Source: Chromera velia
Taxonomy: Eukaryota
Direction of reading: 5' to 3'
DNA: 64,000 bases
Assembly (NCBI GenBank): GCA_018398765.1
Contig: JAHBMJ010000024.1
Location: 1-64,000 of the forward strand
Shown here: positions 1-12,458 of the stretch, one piece after another
How positions within the stretch are numbered: the stretch's first letter is position 1
How the letters are laid out: each line of letters starts with the position of its first letter
Notes under the pieces: model-generated
The model's input: only the letters and a program-made list of their open reading frames with translations
Told to the model about the DNA's origin: nothing
Database searches by the model: none
Position numbers and translations under genes: made by a program

Positions 1-533
1 GTTCTTTCTTCGACCCCCCACCCCGTCTCCATGGCTTCTTCCCGTCTCTCTAGGTTCTTTCTTCAACCCCACACCCACTCCTTCCCGTCTCTTTAGGTTC
101 TTTCTTCGACCCCCCACCCCGTCTCCATGGCTCCTTCCCGTCTCTCTAGGTTTATTCTTCGACCTCCCACCCCGTCTCCATGGCTTCTTCCCGTCTCTCT
201 AGGCTCTTTCTTCAACCCCCTACCCACTCCTTCCCGTCTCTCTAGGTTCCTTCTTCGACCTCCCACCCCGTCTCCATGGCTTCTTCCCGTCTCTCTAGGT
301 TCTTTCTTCAACCCCCCACCCACTCCTTCCCGTCTCTCTAGGTTCTTTCTTCGACCCCCCACCCCGTCTCCATGGCTCCTTCCCGTCTCTCTAGGTTTTT
401 TCTTCGACCTCCCACCCCGTCTCCATGGCTTCTTCCCGTCTCTCTAGGTTCTTTCTTCAACCCCCCACCCACTCCTTCCCGTCTCTCTAGGTTTTTTCTT
501 CAACCCCCCACCCCGTCTCCATGGCTTCTTCCC
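1..533. repeat. Minisatellite of 53-bp (A) and 43-bp (B) units, arranged as a 245-bp higher-order repeat (ABAAB)x2 plus a partial A
   Basis: Unit starts at 1,54,97,150,203,246,299,342,395,448,491. All units end in CCCGTCTCT(C/T)TAG. The array runs off the left edge of the window. Confidence 0.95.
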
Positions 534-3042
534 AGTCTGTCTGTGAGGATGCGAAGACTGCTCAAGAAAGCTGACCTAACAAATAAAGTCCTCCGAATCC
601 GCCGAGACGGAAAGGGCCGTGGAAGAGCAAGGAGGGCTCCTACAGACTCAATGGACAGCCGTGAACACTGAACAGCTGTTCCAACACTCACACTCCTCGC
701 TGGAAGGAGGACCAAGGCACCAAAGAAACACAAAATGGCCTGCAAATAACACAGGAGGGTGCAAGGATGATTGCCAAAAGCGTCCAAAAGCCAGAAGGGA
801 AAAGAGACGGCTTGCATGCACCCCTCGTCATTGGACAATCGGGAGCAGCCGGACACAAGCTGTTCTCGAGTTGACTGACCAAGCATCGATGGGCATCTGA
901 GGGATTCTGCGAGGAAACCTGCTCTCCATTTTGCGGAGGGGACGCCTCTCGGTCCAGGGAATACTCTCAGGTCTCGAAACAAGGCGAGCCAGTGGACAGA
1001 GATGGGAACAGGAGTGGTCTAGGATGGGAGCCCTCTCCAGAAGGAGACAGCAGGAAACATCACGAAAGCTCATCTCCCAGAGCAGGAAGCCAAGGCGCGC
1101 CACGCCTTGCGAAGTAGGGAAGCGATGTTGTCTGCAGACACGCGGAAGGAGCAGGAAGGACACAGAGACGTTTGAGGGCCGAACATTGCATCTCTCAGTG
1201 TGGGGACGACCAGCCAAACGTGCCCCGGATAAAAGTATTCAGATGACTCTCTCATTCCAGGCTTCATACCCTCCTGCCATCGCATCGATGTGAGCCCCCG
1301 ACTCACCTCATGTAAGCACACACGTTGAAGGCTGGCATCTTTCTCTCAGGGTCAGGGAAGCTCGGGAGTCCCCTGAACGGATCGAGACAATTAAGAGAGA
1401 CGCGTCTCCAATCAACAGAACAACAGAATGTGCATGTAGCCGTCTCCAGATCCTCGTCACTCCCGGTGTCGGATCAAAGCAGAACGAAGAGGTCTCTCCA
1501 AGATTCTAAAGTTAGATCCTTCCAGTTGGACTCCTCCGAGGGCATTTGAAGTGTCAAGAACTTCTGCACCAAGCGCGTCTCTCATCTTTCGTTTGCCACT
1601 TGAAATTTTTTTTTCAAAATAAATATATACCCACGTGAAAAAACGTGCTCAGTGCATGGGGGAAAATCCGCCGTGGGGGAACGTCTCGCCGGCCGGGGTC
1701 GCAATTATAACGCGCGCGCCTGCCCCGCGCGACGGCCGGCCCATCGCGCGGAGCTCGCGGGTGCATGGGCGGTCCTGACATCAGCGGCCCGGCGGGCCGA
1801 TTCTCAGCGCGACGATGCCACATGAGATCACATGGGTGAGATTTGGTGAGATGGCACACAAATCCTTGCAAAATTCGGAACGAAGGTTAAAACATTAGAT
1901 GAAGACAGGGAGCCAAGAGACAAATCAGCTGCTGCAACATAAGGGTACATCATCTGGAAACACCATGAAGTTGTTGGGACACTCTGTTCTGGTCTTATTG
2001 AAGAGGGCGAACACAACAACAGAACGTCTCAAAAGACTGTTGTTTGACGCTGCCCGTCTCCACGTGTTGCCAAATGTGAAGCCTTGAGAGAGTCCTTCTT
2101 GGCAACGCGCCCCCTTGATTCATTGTGCCTCCGCATCAGTCTTAGTATCGGCGTGTCTAGTCTATCATGCTGTTTTGAGGCTCGGTCTGTGCTGCGATTC
2201 AGCGAGGCCCAGTGTTGTCACTGAAATCTCGGGTCGTTGCGGAAAGCGGTGTCTGCTTTCCTCTCGAAGGCGGTCTCCCAAGGTGCGCGGTTTTCACATT
2301 CATTGTTCGGCTAGAAAGTTTACTTCTGGGATGAACCTGGACACACACTGCTTTACACGCCCCGATTTATCTGCTGGGATCTGTGAAGAACGAAAATCAC
2401 ATGCAGACCTGCATGTACACATGCATATATATAGACGGTGCATGCGAGGCGTATACACAATTGCAAAGTGTCACTGCAAATGTCCAAATTTGGATATGAA
2501 TTGTGTCGTGTGGGCACAGGGGTATACATGAATACCTGCAGATTCCTCCTTTCGGATTCTTTTTCTCACGCATGTGCTATGCATGTGCTTGGGTGCCGAT
2601 ATGCATGCAGGCATGTACACCCATGCTTGGGCCGTCATCGTTTCACCCAGATTTGCCAGGGGTCTCGACATTGAATCAGCTGGGACGATGTGTAAGCGCG
2701 CATGTATGTGCTGCCTACCCTAAACCTGGTCGGCCACCAGAACATTCCAGAAGCCTAAGAGACCTCGCATCTTCCATAAACGTCCGTCTCGGGTGGTCCC
2801 GCGTTTCTTGCTGTTCTGTCTGTGTGGGTCTAGGTGTGGGAGCCTTGGATTCCTTGAGAAAGGTCTCTGTCTGCCTGAGGCCAGCGAGCGTGGTGTAGCA
2901 CCAATACTGCCTCCATAAAAGAAGATTTCGACGGAGACATCGACACAAGAGCAAAATTCAATACAAAGTATGAGATGTGTTCATGTCGTCGGATGTGGTT
3001 CAGATTAACTCTCCAGCCACGCACCTTCTCGCTTCCTGCCTT

Positions 3043-6000
3043 CAAGCTTTTTCCTTTTCTCCTGCTTGGTCGCGTAGTTTGTCGCACTCTGCGGCACTTT
3101 TCCTGCAATGTGCGATCGACAGTGTGCGACAAGAGATGAAGAGGGTCCGTCTGACGCCTTTTCTCTTATTGCCTGCTTGGTGGTTGAATTGTGTCGCACT
3201 CTGTCGCACTTTTCCTGCAGTGTGCAATCGACAGCTGGGGTGCGACAGGAGATGAAGAGGGTCTGTCTGAAGCTTTTTCTCTTGTTGCCTGCTTGGTGAC
3301 TTTATTTTGTCGCATTCTGTCACACTTCTCCTGCAGTGTGCAATCGACAGCTGGGGTGCGACAGGAGATGAAGAGGGTCTGTCTGAAGCCTTTTCTNNNN
3401 NNNNNNNNNNNNNNNNNNNNNNNNNNNNNNNNNNNNNNNNNNNNNNNNNNNNNNNNNNNNNNNNNNNNNNNNNNNNNNNNNNNNNNNNNNNNNNNNNNNN
3501 NNNNNNNNNNNNNNNNNNNNNNNNNNNNNNNNNNNNNNNNNNNNNNNNNNNNNNNNNNNNNNNNNNNNNNNNNNNNNNNNNNNNNNNNNNNNNNNNNNNN
3601 NNNNNNNNNNNNNNNNNNNNNNNNNNNNNNNNNNNNNNNNNNNNNNNNNNNNNNNNNNNNNNNNNNNNNNNNNNNNNNNNNNNNNNNNNNNNNNNNNNNN
3701 NNNNNNNNNTTTGTCGCACTCTGTCGCACTTTTCCTGGAGTGTGCAATCGACAGGGCGCGACAAGAGATGAAGAGGGTCCGTGTGAAGTCTTTTTCTGTT
3801 CTTGCCTGCTTGGTGACTTTTTTTTGTCGCATTCTGTCGCTTTTTTCCTGCAGTGTGCAATCGACGGGAGGCCACAAGAGATGAAGAGGGTCCGTCTGAA
3901 GCCTTTTCTGTTCTTTCTTGCTCGGTGGTTGTACTTTGTCGCATTCTGTCGCACTTTTCCTGCAGTGTGCAATCGACAGGGCGCGACAGGAGATGAAGAG
4001 GGTCCGTCTGAAGCCTTTTGTGTTCTTGCTTGCTTGGTGATTGTATTTTGTCACACTCTGTCGCACTTTTCCTGCAGTGTGCAATCGAGAGGGTGCGACA
4101 AGAGATGAAGAGGGTCCGTCTGAAGCCTTTTCTCTTGGTGCCTGCGAGGTGACTGTATTTTGTCGCACTCTGTGGCACTTTTCCTGGAGTGTGCAATCGA
4201 CAGGGTGCGACAAGAGATGAAGAGGGTCTGTCTGAAGCCTTTTCTCTTGGTGCCTGCGAGGTGACTGTATTTTGTCGCACTCTGTCGCACTTTTCCTGCA
4301 GTGTGCAATCGACAGGGTGCGACAGGAGATGAAGAGGGTCCGTCTGAAGCTTTTTCTCTTGGTGCCTGCTTGCTGAGTGTACGTTGTCGCACTCTGTCGC
4401 ACTTTTCCTGCAGTGTGCAATCGACAGCTAGGGTGCGACAGGAGATGAAGAGGGTCCGTCTGAAGCCTTTTCTGTTCTTGCCTGCTTGGTGACTTTATTT
4501 TGTCGCATTCTGTCGCTTTCTTTGTGCAGTGTGCAATCGACAGGGTGCGACAAGAGATGAAGAGGGTCCGTCTGAAGCTTTTTCTCTTATTGCTTGCTTG
4601 GTGGCTGTATTTTGTCGCACTCTGTCGCACTTTTCCTGCAGTGTGCAATCGACAGCTAGGGTGCGACAAGAGATGAAGAGGGTCTGTCTGAAGCCTTTTC
4701 TCTTGGTGCCTGTGAGGTGTCTGTCTGAAGCTTTTTCTGTTGTTGCCTGCTTCGTGACTGTACTTTGTCGCATTCTGTCGCACTTTTCCTGCAGTGTGCA
4801 ATCGACAGGGTGCGACAAGAGATGAAGAGGGTCCGTCTGAAGCTTTTTCTGTTGTTGCTTGCTTGGTGGCTGTATTTTGTCGCACTCTGTCGCACTTTTC
4901 CTGCAGTGTGCAATCGACAGCTAGGGCGCGACAAGAGATGAAGAGGGTCTGTCTGAAGCTTTTTCTCTTGGTGCCTGTGAGGTGACTGTATTTTGTCGCA
5001 CTCTGTCGCACTTTTCCTGGAGTGTGCAATCGACAGGAGGCGACAACAGATGAAGAGGGTCCGTCTGAAGCCTTTTTTCTTATTTCTTGCTTGGTGACTT
5101 TATTTTGTCGCATTCTGTCGCTTTTTTCCTGCAGTGTGCAATCGACAGGGCGCGACAGGAGATGAAGAGGGTCCGTCTGAAGCCTTTTCTGTTCTTGCTT
5201 GCTTGGTGGCAGTGTGCAATCGACAGCTAGGGTGCGACAGGAGATGAAGAGGGTCCGTCTGAAGCTTTTTCTGTTGTTGCCTGCTTCGTGACTTTATTTT
5301 GTCGCACTCTGTCGCACTTTTCCTGCGGTGTGCAATCGGCAGGGGGCGACGACAGGAGATGAAGAGGGTCCGTCTGAAGCTTTTTCTCTTATTGCTTGCT
5401 TGGTGGCTGTATTTTGTCACACTCTGTCGCACTTTTCCTGCAGTGTGCAATCGACAGGGTGCGACAAGAGATGAAGAGGGTCCGTCTGAAGCCTTTTCTG
5501 TTCTTGCCTGCTTGGTGACTTTATTTTGTCGCATTCTGTCGCACTTTTCCTGGAGTGTGCAATCGGCAGGGGGCGACAGGAGATGAAGGTCTGTCTGAAG
5601 CTTTTTCTGTTGTTGCTTGCTTGGTGGCTGTATTTTGTCGCACTCTGTCGCACTTTTCCTGCAGTGTGCAATTGACAGGGTGCGACAGGAGATGAAGAGG
5701 GTCCGTCTGAAGTCTTTTCTGTTCTTGCCTGCTTGGTGACTTTATTTCCTCGCATTCTGTCGCACTTTTCCTGCAGTGTGCAATCGACAGCTAGGGTACG
5801 ACAAGAGATGAAGAGGGTCCGTCTGAAGCTTTTTCTTTTGGTGCCTCCTTGGTGGCTGTACTTTGTCGCACTCTGTCGCACTTTTCCTGCAGTGTGCCAT
5901 CGACAGGGTGCGACAGGAGATGAAGGGAGTCCGTCTGAAGCTTTTTCTCTTCTTGCCTGCTTGCTGAGTGTATTCTGTCGCACTCTGTCGCATTTTTTCT
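3043..6000. repeat. Satellite array, ~112/116-bp unit, ~26 units (includes N gap 3397-3709)
   Basis: The core GATGAAGAGGGTC(C/T)GTCTGAAG recurs at 3135,3251,3367,3767,3880,3992,4104,4216,4328,4444,4556,4672...5919 with mostly 112/116-bp spacing. Confidence 0.97.
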
Positions 6001-6500
6001 GAAGAATCCCCAAAAACGCCCTTTTATGTTTTATGGGACTGAGTTGGCTGAGAAAAGAATCTGCAAACACTTTTGAACTGTTTAGTTTCCAGATAAAGAA
6101 TTCCTAAAAATATATTTTTACGTTTTGTGAGACTGTTTTACGTAAAGGAAGAATTCCTAAACACTTTTGTACTGTTTAGTTTCCGGATCAAGAATCTTTA
6201 AAAACACATTTTTATGTTTTTTGAGACTGGCTTATGTGAGGGAAGAATCCTGAAAAATTTTTGTAATGTTTTGTTTCGGGATGAAGAATAAAAAAAAAAC
6301 GTACTTTTACGTTGTGTGACTAGCATTGCCACCGCTTAGGTTAAGGAAGAATCCCCCAAAATTTTCGTACTGTTTAGTTTCCGGATATTTCCGGACCAAG
6401 AATCCCTAAAAATGCACTTTTATGTTTGTGCAGAATAAACCCTCAATCATCATTGTATGCTTATGTGAGGGAAGAATCCCCCAAAATTTTCGTTCTGTTT
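6001..6500. repeat. Degenerate AT-rich tandem repeat, ~93-bp period, ~5 copies
   Basis: AAGAAT...CTGTTTAGTTTCC(G/A)GAT recurs at about 6078, 6171, 6264 and 6369. Confidence 0.75.
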
Positions 6501-6763
6501 GGGGGCGCGCCGCGCGAAGCACACGCGCTGAAAGCGCGCCGCCGACATCACCTATGCAGCGCCACCATGCGCCACCGCACGCACTGAGATCTTCTGTCCA
6601 TTCACATAGATTCCAAGAACGACCAAGAATCTCTCTTTCAATGCCAAAAACAGGGATGAACAGAAGTAATTGGATTTCCCTGAATGATGTGAGTTTACTG
6701 TCAAGGCCCCTGCTTGCATAGTTCCGCATAGTTTCAGGAGTCTTTCGTCTTGTACATTTCCTC

Positions 6764-9168
6764 ATGCCTCCAGTCTCTCGTCAGTTCCCTCCCTCTCGGC
6801 GTCCGGGGGGTGACGCGGAACAAGGAGAGGATGTTTCGATGGATGAGGAAGAACTTGCAGGCATGCTTGCAAATATGGGGCTCGAGTGTGGGATGGATGA
6901 GATGGAGGCTGTGGCAGAAGGGGAGGCATCTCCTGAAGTCGCTATGAAGATTGAGGGGCTGATTCGATATCTTCGTCTTTCAGAAGAAGCTTTTGCTGAA
7001 TTCGAAAGTGCCTCGCAGAGCCGATGGGCGTTTTACATCGCACTTTGTTTGAATTCCGAGCTTCCTTTCGTGGCTACCGAGGCGTCCCACTTCTTCTTGG
7101 ACCAGTTCAACAACGCCTGCTCACCGGTGCTGAAGATGGTCACGAAAGAGGAGGGATCTGACAGACGGCACTGTCGAACCGGAGATTGTCAAAATCTGCC
7201 ACACCATTGCTGACCGCCTCACAGCGGCCTGCAGCAACAACCTTGCCGTCGTTCGATGGAGCGCCCCCCTTCTCTGCCGCCTCCTCTTTCAGGACCGGCT
7301 GGCGTGTAAAGTCGGAAAGTTCCCCCATGAAGTCCCCCCCTTTGCCCTTTTCGATGCCCTTTCTGCCCTTCTTCACAGTAGCACTGCAGAGAAAATAGAG
7401 GCCGAGCTCAAATCACCTGAGGGAAGACATCAGGCACTGACCATATTGGGGAAGAGGGTGCCGATGTTGGGGGAGACCCTCTTCGCCGACCCTGACGTAG
7501 AAGAGTCAGAGTCCGAGTCAGACCCGATCTCTCCCCCCCAAGAGACGGTCGACAAAGCGATCGCAGAGGCGGGCCGCTATGCCGAAAAGACCCGCAATGC
7601 TGCTGCCGGGGCCCTAGCTGACCTGGCTCGTCATGTCACCCATCGCCTGGAAGTGAAGCACCCGTCTGCTCTCGGAGCACCCCCAAATTGTTTCCCGTCT
7701 CGTTGAGTTCCTCCTCTACCGACAGAGCCCTGCACAGACCCCCCAAACCCAACCGGGGAAGAGGGACCGTGCCACCGATGCTGCGGCTGCAGAGACGTTT
7801 GCATACGTCGCCGAGACTCTGGTGCTGCTCATTGATGGCACGTGTTGGCGTTGGGCGTTTGGAGCAGGGGGTGGCACACAGGAGAGGGAGAGGCTCACTG
7901 AGTTCCTCTCCCTCATTGCCTCCCAGGCCGCAGATGCACGGGTCCCTCCTGTAGGGCCCGTATCGAACCGTATGATCGCTGTGGGGTCTGGGCCTGGCCC
8001 TGGCCCTGGGCTGGCAGCCCTCGCACTGCCTTTTTCGGAGGCGGGGGCGGTGCCTGAGGAAGCGGGGCGACGCCTTTCGAGCAAGAAAGGCCCTATGAAG
8101 AAGGAGGAAGTGAGGGGGGGTGCGAAACTGATCTGGGGTCTGGCTGCCGGTGTCTCGGCCCTTTGCCACACCTCCTACAGTATGCGAATGAATGCAGCAG
8201 ACGCGCGTGCCATTAATGATTTTTCCCGCCTTCTTGACTCGAATCTCCAGGCAGCTCGGTCTTTGCTCACCTGCCTCAGACAGCTGCTTGATGTCTCAGC
8301 CGAGGGGTCCTTCTGGATGTCCCGACTCCACAAACACATGGGAGGGGGGGGAGAAGGGGGAGGGCAATCGCTGGGGGAGTGGCTGCTTTCGTCTGCCGAA
8401 CTCTCCATGGAAGCGTTCGTATCGACAGCAGCCCAGTATGCCTCCGGCTGTCTCGCAAACAAGTGGGGGCTTCTAGGGTCGAAGCCGGACTTCTTCAGCA
8501 CTCCCCCCCGATCCGAAGGCGTCAAGTGCCCCCCTCCGGCCGCCGCCGCCAGAGAAAGCAACCCCCTGCAGAACATGCTTGTGTGGCAGTTGGCTGCTAA
8601 CCCAGATCATCAGTCTCTCCCCCGTGTGCGAAAGAGTCTGAGAGGGGGAAGCGGGGCAGGGTTGAATGAGGGAAGAGAACCCGAGTATGATGTCGTGAGC
8701 GTCTGTTTTGCAGGGCTGGACGCGTCCCTCCGACTGGAGGCAGCGACAACGATCGCCAGGGGGGGGAGGTTGAGAGAGGGGTTGCCTCAGAGGGCGTGTT
8801 GCTGGTTTGTCCCTTCTGTGTGGAGTGCCCGTGTGGTGTGGAACAAGGAGAGGGGGAACGAGGAGTTCCGCGGGGGGGTTGTTCCTCTTGCCCTCGCGTT
8901 CTACCACAACGGTGTCGCGATGTGCTCGGACTTTCTCCACATGTTCAGGGCCATCTGCGGCAATGAGCCTGTGACTGAGAGGGAGAAGGGGGCAATGGCC
9001 GAGCTAAGGGGCTCTCTGCAGGTCACCCTCCTGTCCAACATTGCACAGTGCTGCCTGAGACTGGGGGAGAAGGAGCAAGCAGCAGAGGCAGCGAGGAAGG
9101 CCCTCAAGCTCGACCCCCGGCATGAGAAAAGCCTCCTTCGGTTGAAGAAGGCAACTGATCCAGAATGA
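6764..9168 (+). pseudogene. C-terminal TPR-domain protein with two apparent frameshifts (pseudogene or sequencing indels)
   Basis: Three overlapping coding-like frames (from 6764; 7134-7706; 7657-9168) joined by +1 shifts near 7140-7155 and 7655-7680. The C-terminus LLSNIAQCCLRLGEKEQAAEAARKALKLDPRHEKSLLR is a typical TPR motif. Confidence 0.6.
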
Positions 9169-9843
9169 TTTCAAAACATTGAAACCAATAGAAGGTGCTG
9201 ACAATGCACAATACAATTTGTTTATATTAAATTTATAATTGATATTTATCACATGTGGTACAGAACTAGGTAGAAAAACCTGAAGAGAAACGCTTGAAAA
9301 GTTCAGAAAACATAAGTTGTTTTTCACTAGGTTTTTCAACAAATTTAAAGTTGTAAAATAGACTAAAATCCCTACAAAGCTTAATAACGAAATCGATACC
9401 GACCCCCTAATTATTTTTACAGTTGTCTTACTTCTGTACTAGCTTCTGTATACTGAATTATAGTGATTATTACAATTAAGATTAAGATTAGTGATGAATT
9501 AAGCAGATATAATTAATGCTGCATATTTTATTAATAATAAAATCATTATCACCATTAGTATCACCAATGCGATTCACCATTATCATTACTAGTATTATTA
9601 TTATTTTTTTATATAATAACCGTTTTTATTTTTGCATATTTTTGCATTGCATGCATGTCGTCTGTATTAGTTTTGTTTATCATTAATTTTACTATTGATC
9701 TATCAAAATTTTTAGTAGTTTAAAAAAGCCGGTGCCTAGGTCGGTGCTATTGATTGATTGATTGATTGATTGAATCGTATGAAGCTTATTTTATAAAAAG
9801 GTTCTACTCCATCATTTCTCATGTGCATTGTACAAAGCTTCAG

Positions 9844-10673
9844 TTAGTACTTGATCACTTTTCGCAGAAAAAGATTTTCTTTTGCCTTCTTTAACTCTCT
9901 CACAACAATTCTGTATTCTCGGCTTCCCTGTGTGTACTGTTTTGCACGAAACACTCCATGATCTTCCCCACAATACCCGCACTTGGAGACGGACTCCATG
10001 TAGCAATGCATGAATCCGTCCTCATCCATCGTCACCCCCTGGTCTTTTCTCAATTTATTGAAATCCGGGCTGGTGATTCTGGCCTTCGCAGACTTCTTCA
10101 GGTACTGCCGTGCGAGGAATGTCCCGGGCATCCACTCCTCTGCAACGTAAGCCTTCATGGGGCACTTCGGGCCTTCCTGTCCAGATGCCCGCTTGAGGAG
10201 GCTCTTTTGCTGCGCAACAAATTCCGACCACCCGCCCTGGTCACAGAAGTGATCTGCGAGGCTCTGGGCATCCTTCCGGATGAGTCCCAGCCAGGTCTGG
10301 TGGCCGATCTTGTTGTTGTCGAACAGTTCGTCCCCCCAGTCAATGGCGGAGGGAAACTTGAGGCCCTCTCTCCTAACGGTCCAGGCCTCAAACTCCCCCC
10401 AGGACTTCAGAGGCATGCTGTTATTGGGGAGCCAGAAGATCCATCGAGCGGAGGGGAATCGACCAAGGGCGCTCTTGATCATCCCCGCCAGAAGTCGGGG
10501 AGTCCGTTGGTCGCCCCATGCGAGACACGCTGCAGCGGAGATCGAAAAGCATTTCGTTTTGAATACAAACATTCAATAATTCAGAGAAGGAAACAAAGTT
10601 GGACCTCAGAAAACCTCACGCAGACCGGAAGATATGGAGAGCAAGACTAGGAGCAAGACGGATAGATGGAGCA

Positions 10674-10746
<73 letters not shown>

Positions 10747-10992
10747 CAGACAAAGACAAGAAAGAAAGAACGAACGAGGGAACGGCAGAAAGACGGAAGA
10801 AAGGAACGAACGAAGGAAGGAAGGGAGAAAGAAGAAAGGAACGAAAGGAGGAGGAAGTGAGAAAGGAGGCCAGAAAGAACAAAGAAAGCAAGAAAACAGG
10901 AAAACAAGAAAGAAAGGAAGAAAACGGGATGAAAGGAAATGAAAGGAAAGAAGGAAACGAAACGAACGAACGAATCCACGAACGAATGAACC

Positions 10993-11057
<65 letters not shown>

Positions 11058-12458
11058 AGAGAGAAAGGAAGGAAGAAAGAAAGAAAGAAAGAAAGAGACA
11101 CAGAAAGGAAGGAAGGAAGGAAGGAAGGAAGGAAGAAAGAGAGAGAGAGTGAGTGAGTGAGAGAGAGAGAGAAAGAGACATAGAAAGGAAGAAAGAAAGG
11201 AAGGAAGGAAGGAAGGAAGGAAGAAAGAAAGAAAAGGAAAGCCGGAAGGAAGAGAGGAAGGATGGAAGGAGTGAAGGAAGCAAGCAAGGAAGAGATACAG
11301 ACGGCAGACCATATTCCATCGTATTCGAGAGAAACAGATACCGTGTTTTCTTTCTTTTTCTGTTTTCCTTTCTCTTGAGCCATTGTCACCGACAGACGAA
11401 CAGAAGGGTCACGAAAAACGAACGAACCAACGAACGAACGAACGAACGAAAGAAAGAAAGAAAGAAAGAAGGACGGAAGGAAGGAAGGAAGGAAGGAGGG
11501 AGGGAGGGAGGGAGGGAATGAATGAATGAAGGAAGGAAGGAAGGAGGGAAGGAAGGAAGGGAGGGAGACCTATTTTAAAAAGTCAGACAATGTGGGAGGG
11601 TCCCGGAAAAGTGTAGAGTCAAGCGCCGCTTGCCTCTATACCTCCCGACAGTATTTCACGTGATCACTGAAGTCACACGTTACTTTCTATGCCTCCACAC
11701 AAGATAAGAAAGACAGGCAGACAGACCCTATACTTTTTTTCTTTTTCCATAAGTCCCTTCCCGGCTCTTCTTTTTTTTACGAAAAGGCAGACGGTCTGTA
11801 TGGCTTCTTTCCCTCCTCTTCTTGGAGAGAGAGAGACGCCCAACTGGGACGCATAGACAGACTGACTTACTGCTTCGTTCTTTCTTTTTGTTCCTCCTCC
11901 TTTCTTTCTCACTTTTGTGGGTGGGAATGATAGGCAGAGGAGAAAGAAGCAGACAGATACACACACAAACACACAGAGGAGCACGCTCACGCACAGAGAA
12001 GGATAGACGGACGGAGGGAGGGAGGGAGGGAGAGTGAGACACAGAGACAATCAAGCAAACAAAGATCAAAAGAAACGAACGGAAAAAGAAGCAAAGGAGC
12101 AAATCGGTAGGACTGCATGTGTGTGAAGTTCGAACATACCAGCAAGCGGTTCCATCCATGCCCTGAAGGGCCCATCGAGGAGGTGCGCCGACGTGCTGTC
12201 AACGCAGGGAACAACCGCCACCTTCTCCTTCGACTCCTCCCGCAGCTTGCTCCACTCCCCGGGCATTGTCAATCTGGTGCCCCCCCCGCACTGAAGCAAG
12301 ATGACGATCTCCACCTTCGAGGCACTCTTCCGAAAGAGGGAGCGAGCCTTTTGCTCCATAGGGAGCCTCTTAAGGGGATCCTTCTGCACGGCCCTTGCTG
12401 CTTTGGCCTTTTGCAGCACTTTCATCTTCCCAACAGAACGATTCTGTCGCGGCGGCAT
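9844..12458 (-). CDS. Core-2/I-branching enzyme-like glycosyltransferase (GT14/Branch-like), 2 exons, ~334 aa
   Basis: Exon 1 12458-12140 (G|gtatgt) joins exon 2 10529-9844 (ctgcag|CG) in phase 1. Branch-family motifs appear in order: AWG..., SALGRF...IFWLPNNSMPL, HQTWLGLIRKDA, AEEWMPGT, C-terminal LFLRKV. Confidence 0.7.
10675..11570. repeat. Compound GA-rich microsatellite (GACA, GA, GAAA, GGAA) in the GT14 intron
   Basis: Directly visible simple repeats. Confidence 0.95.

Noticed and set aside
540..1550. Coding-looking sequence on the minus strand
   Set aside because: Stops in all frames and no recognisable domain; possibly a pseudogene, but unsupported.
3043..6000. CRISPR array or hammerhead/box C/D RNA interpretation of the satellite; long ORFs (up to 597 aa) across it
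   Set aside because: The variable segments are homologous to each other rather than unique spacers, there are no cas genes, and the context is eukaryotic. No CUGANGA/GAAA core or RUGAUGA box is present. The ORFs arise from a stop-poor repeat and run through Ns.
10599..11521. K/E/R-rich and S/L/F-rich ORFs
   Set aside because: Translations of intronic microsatellites.
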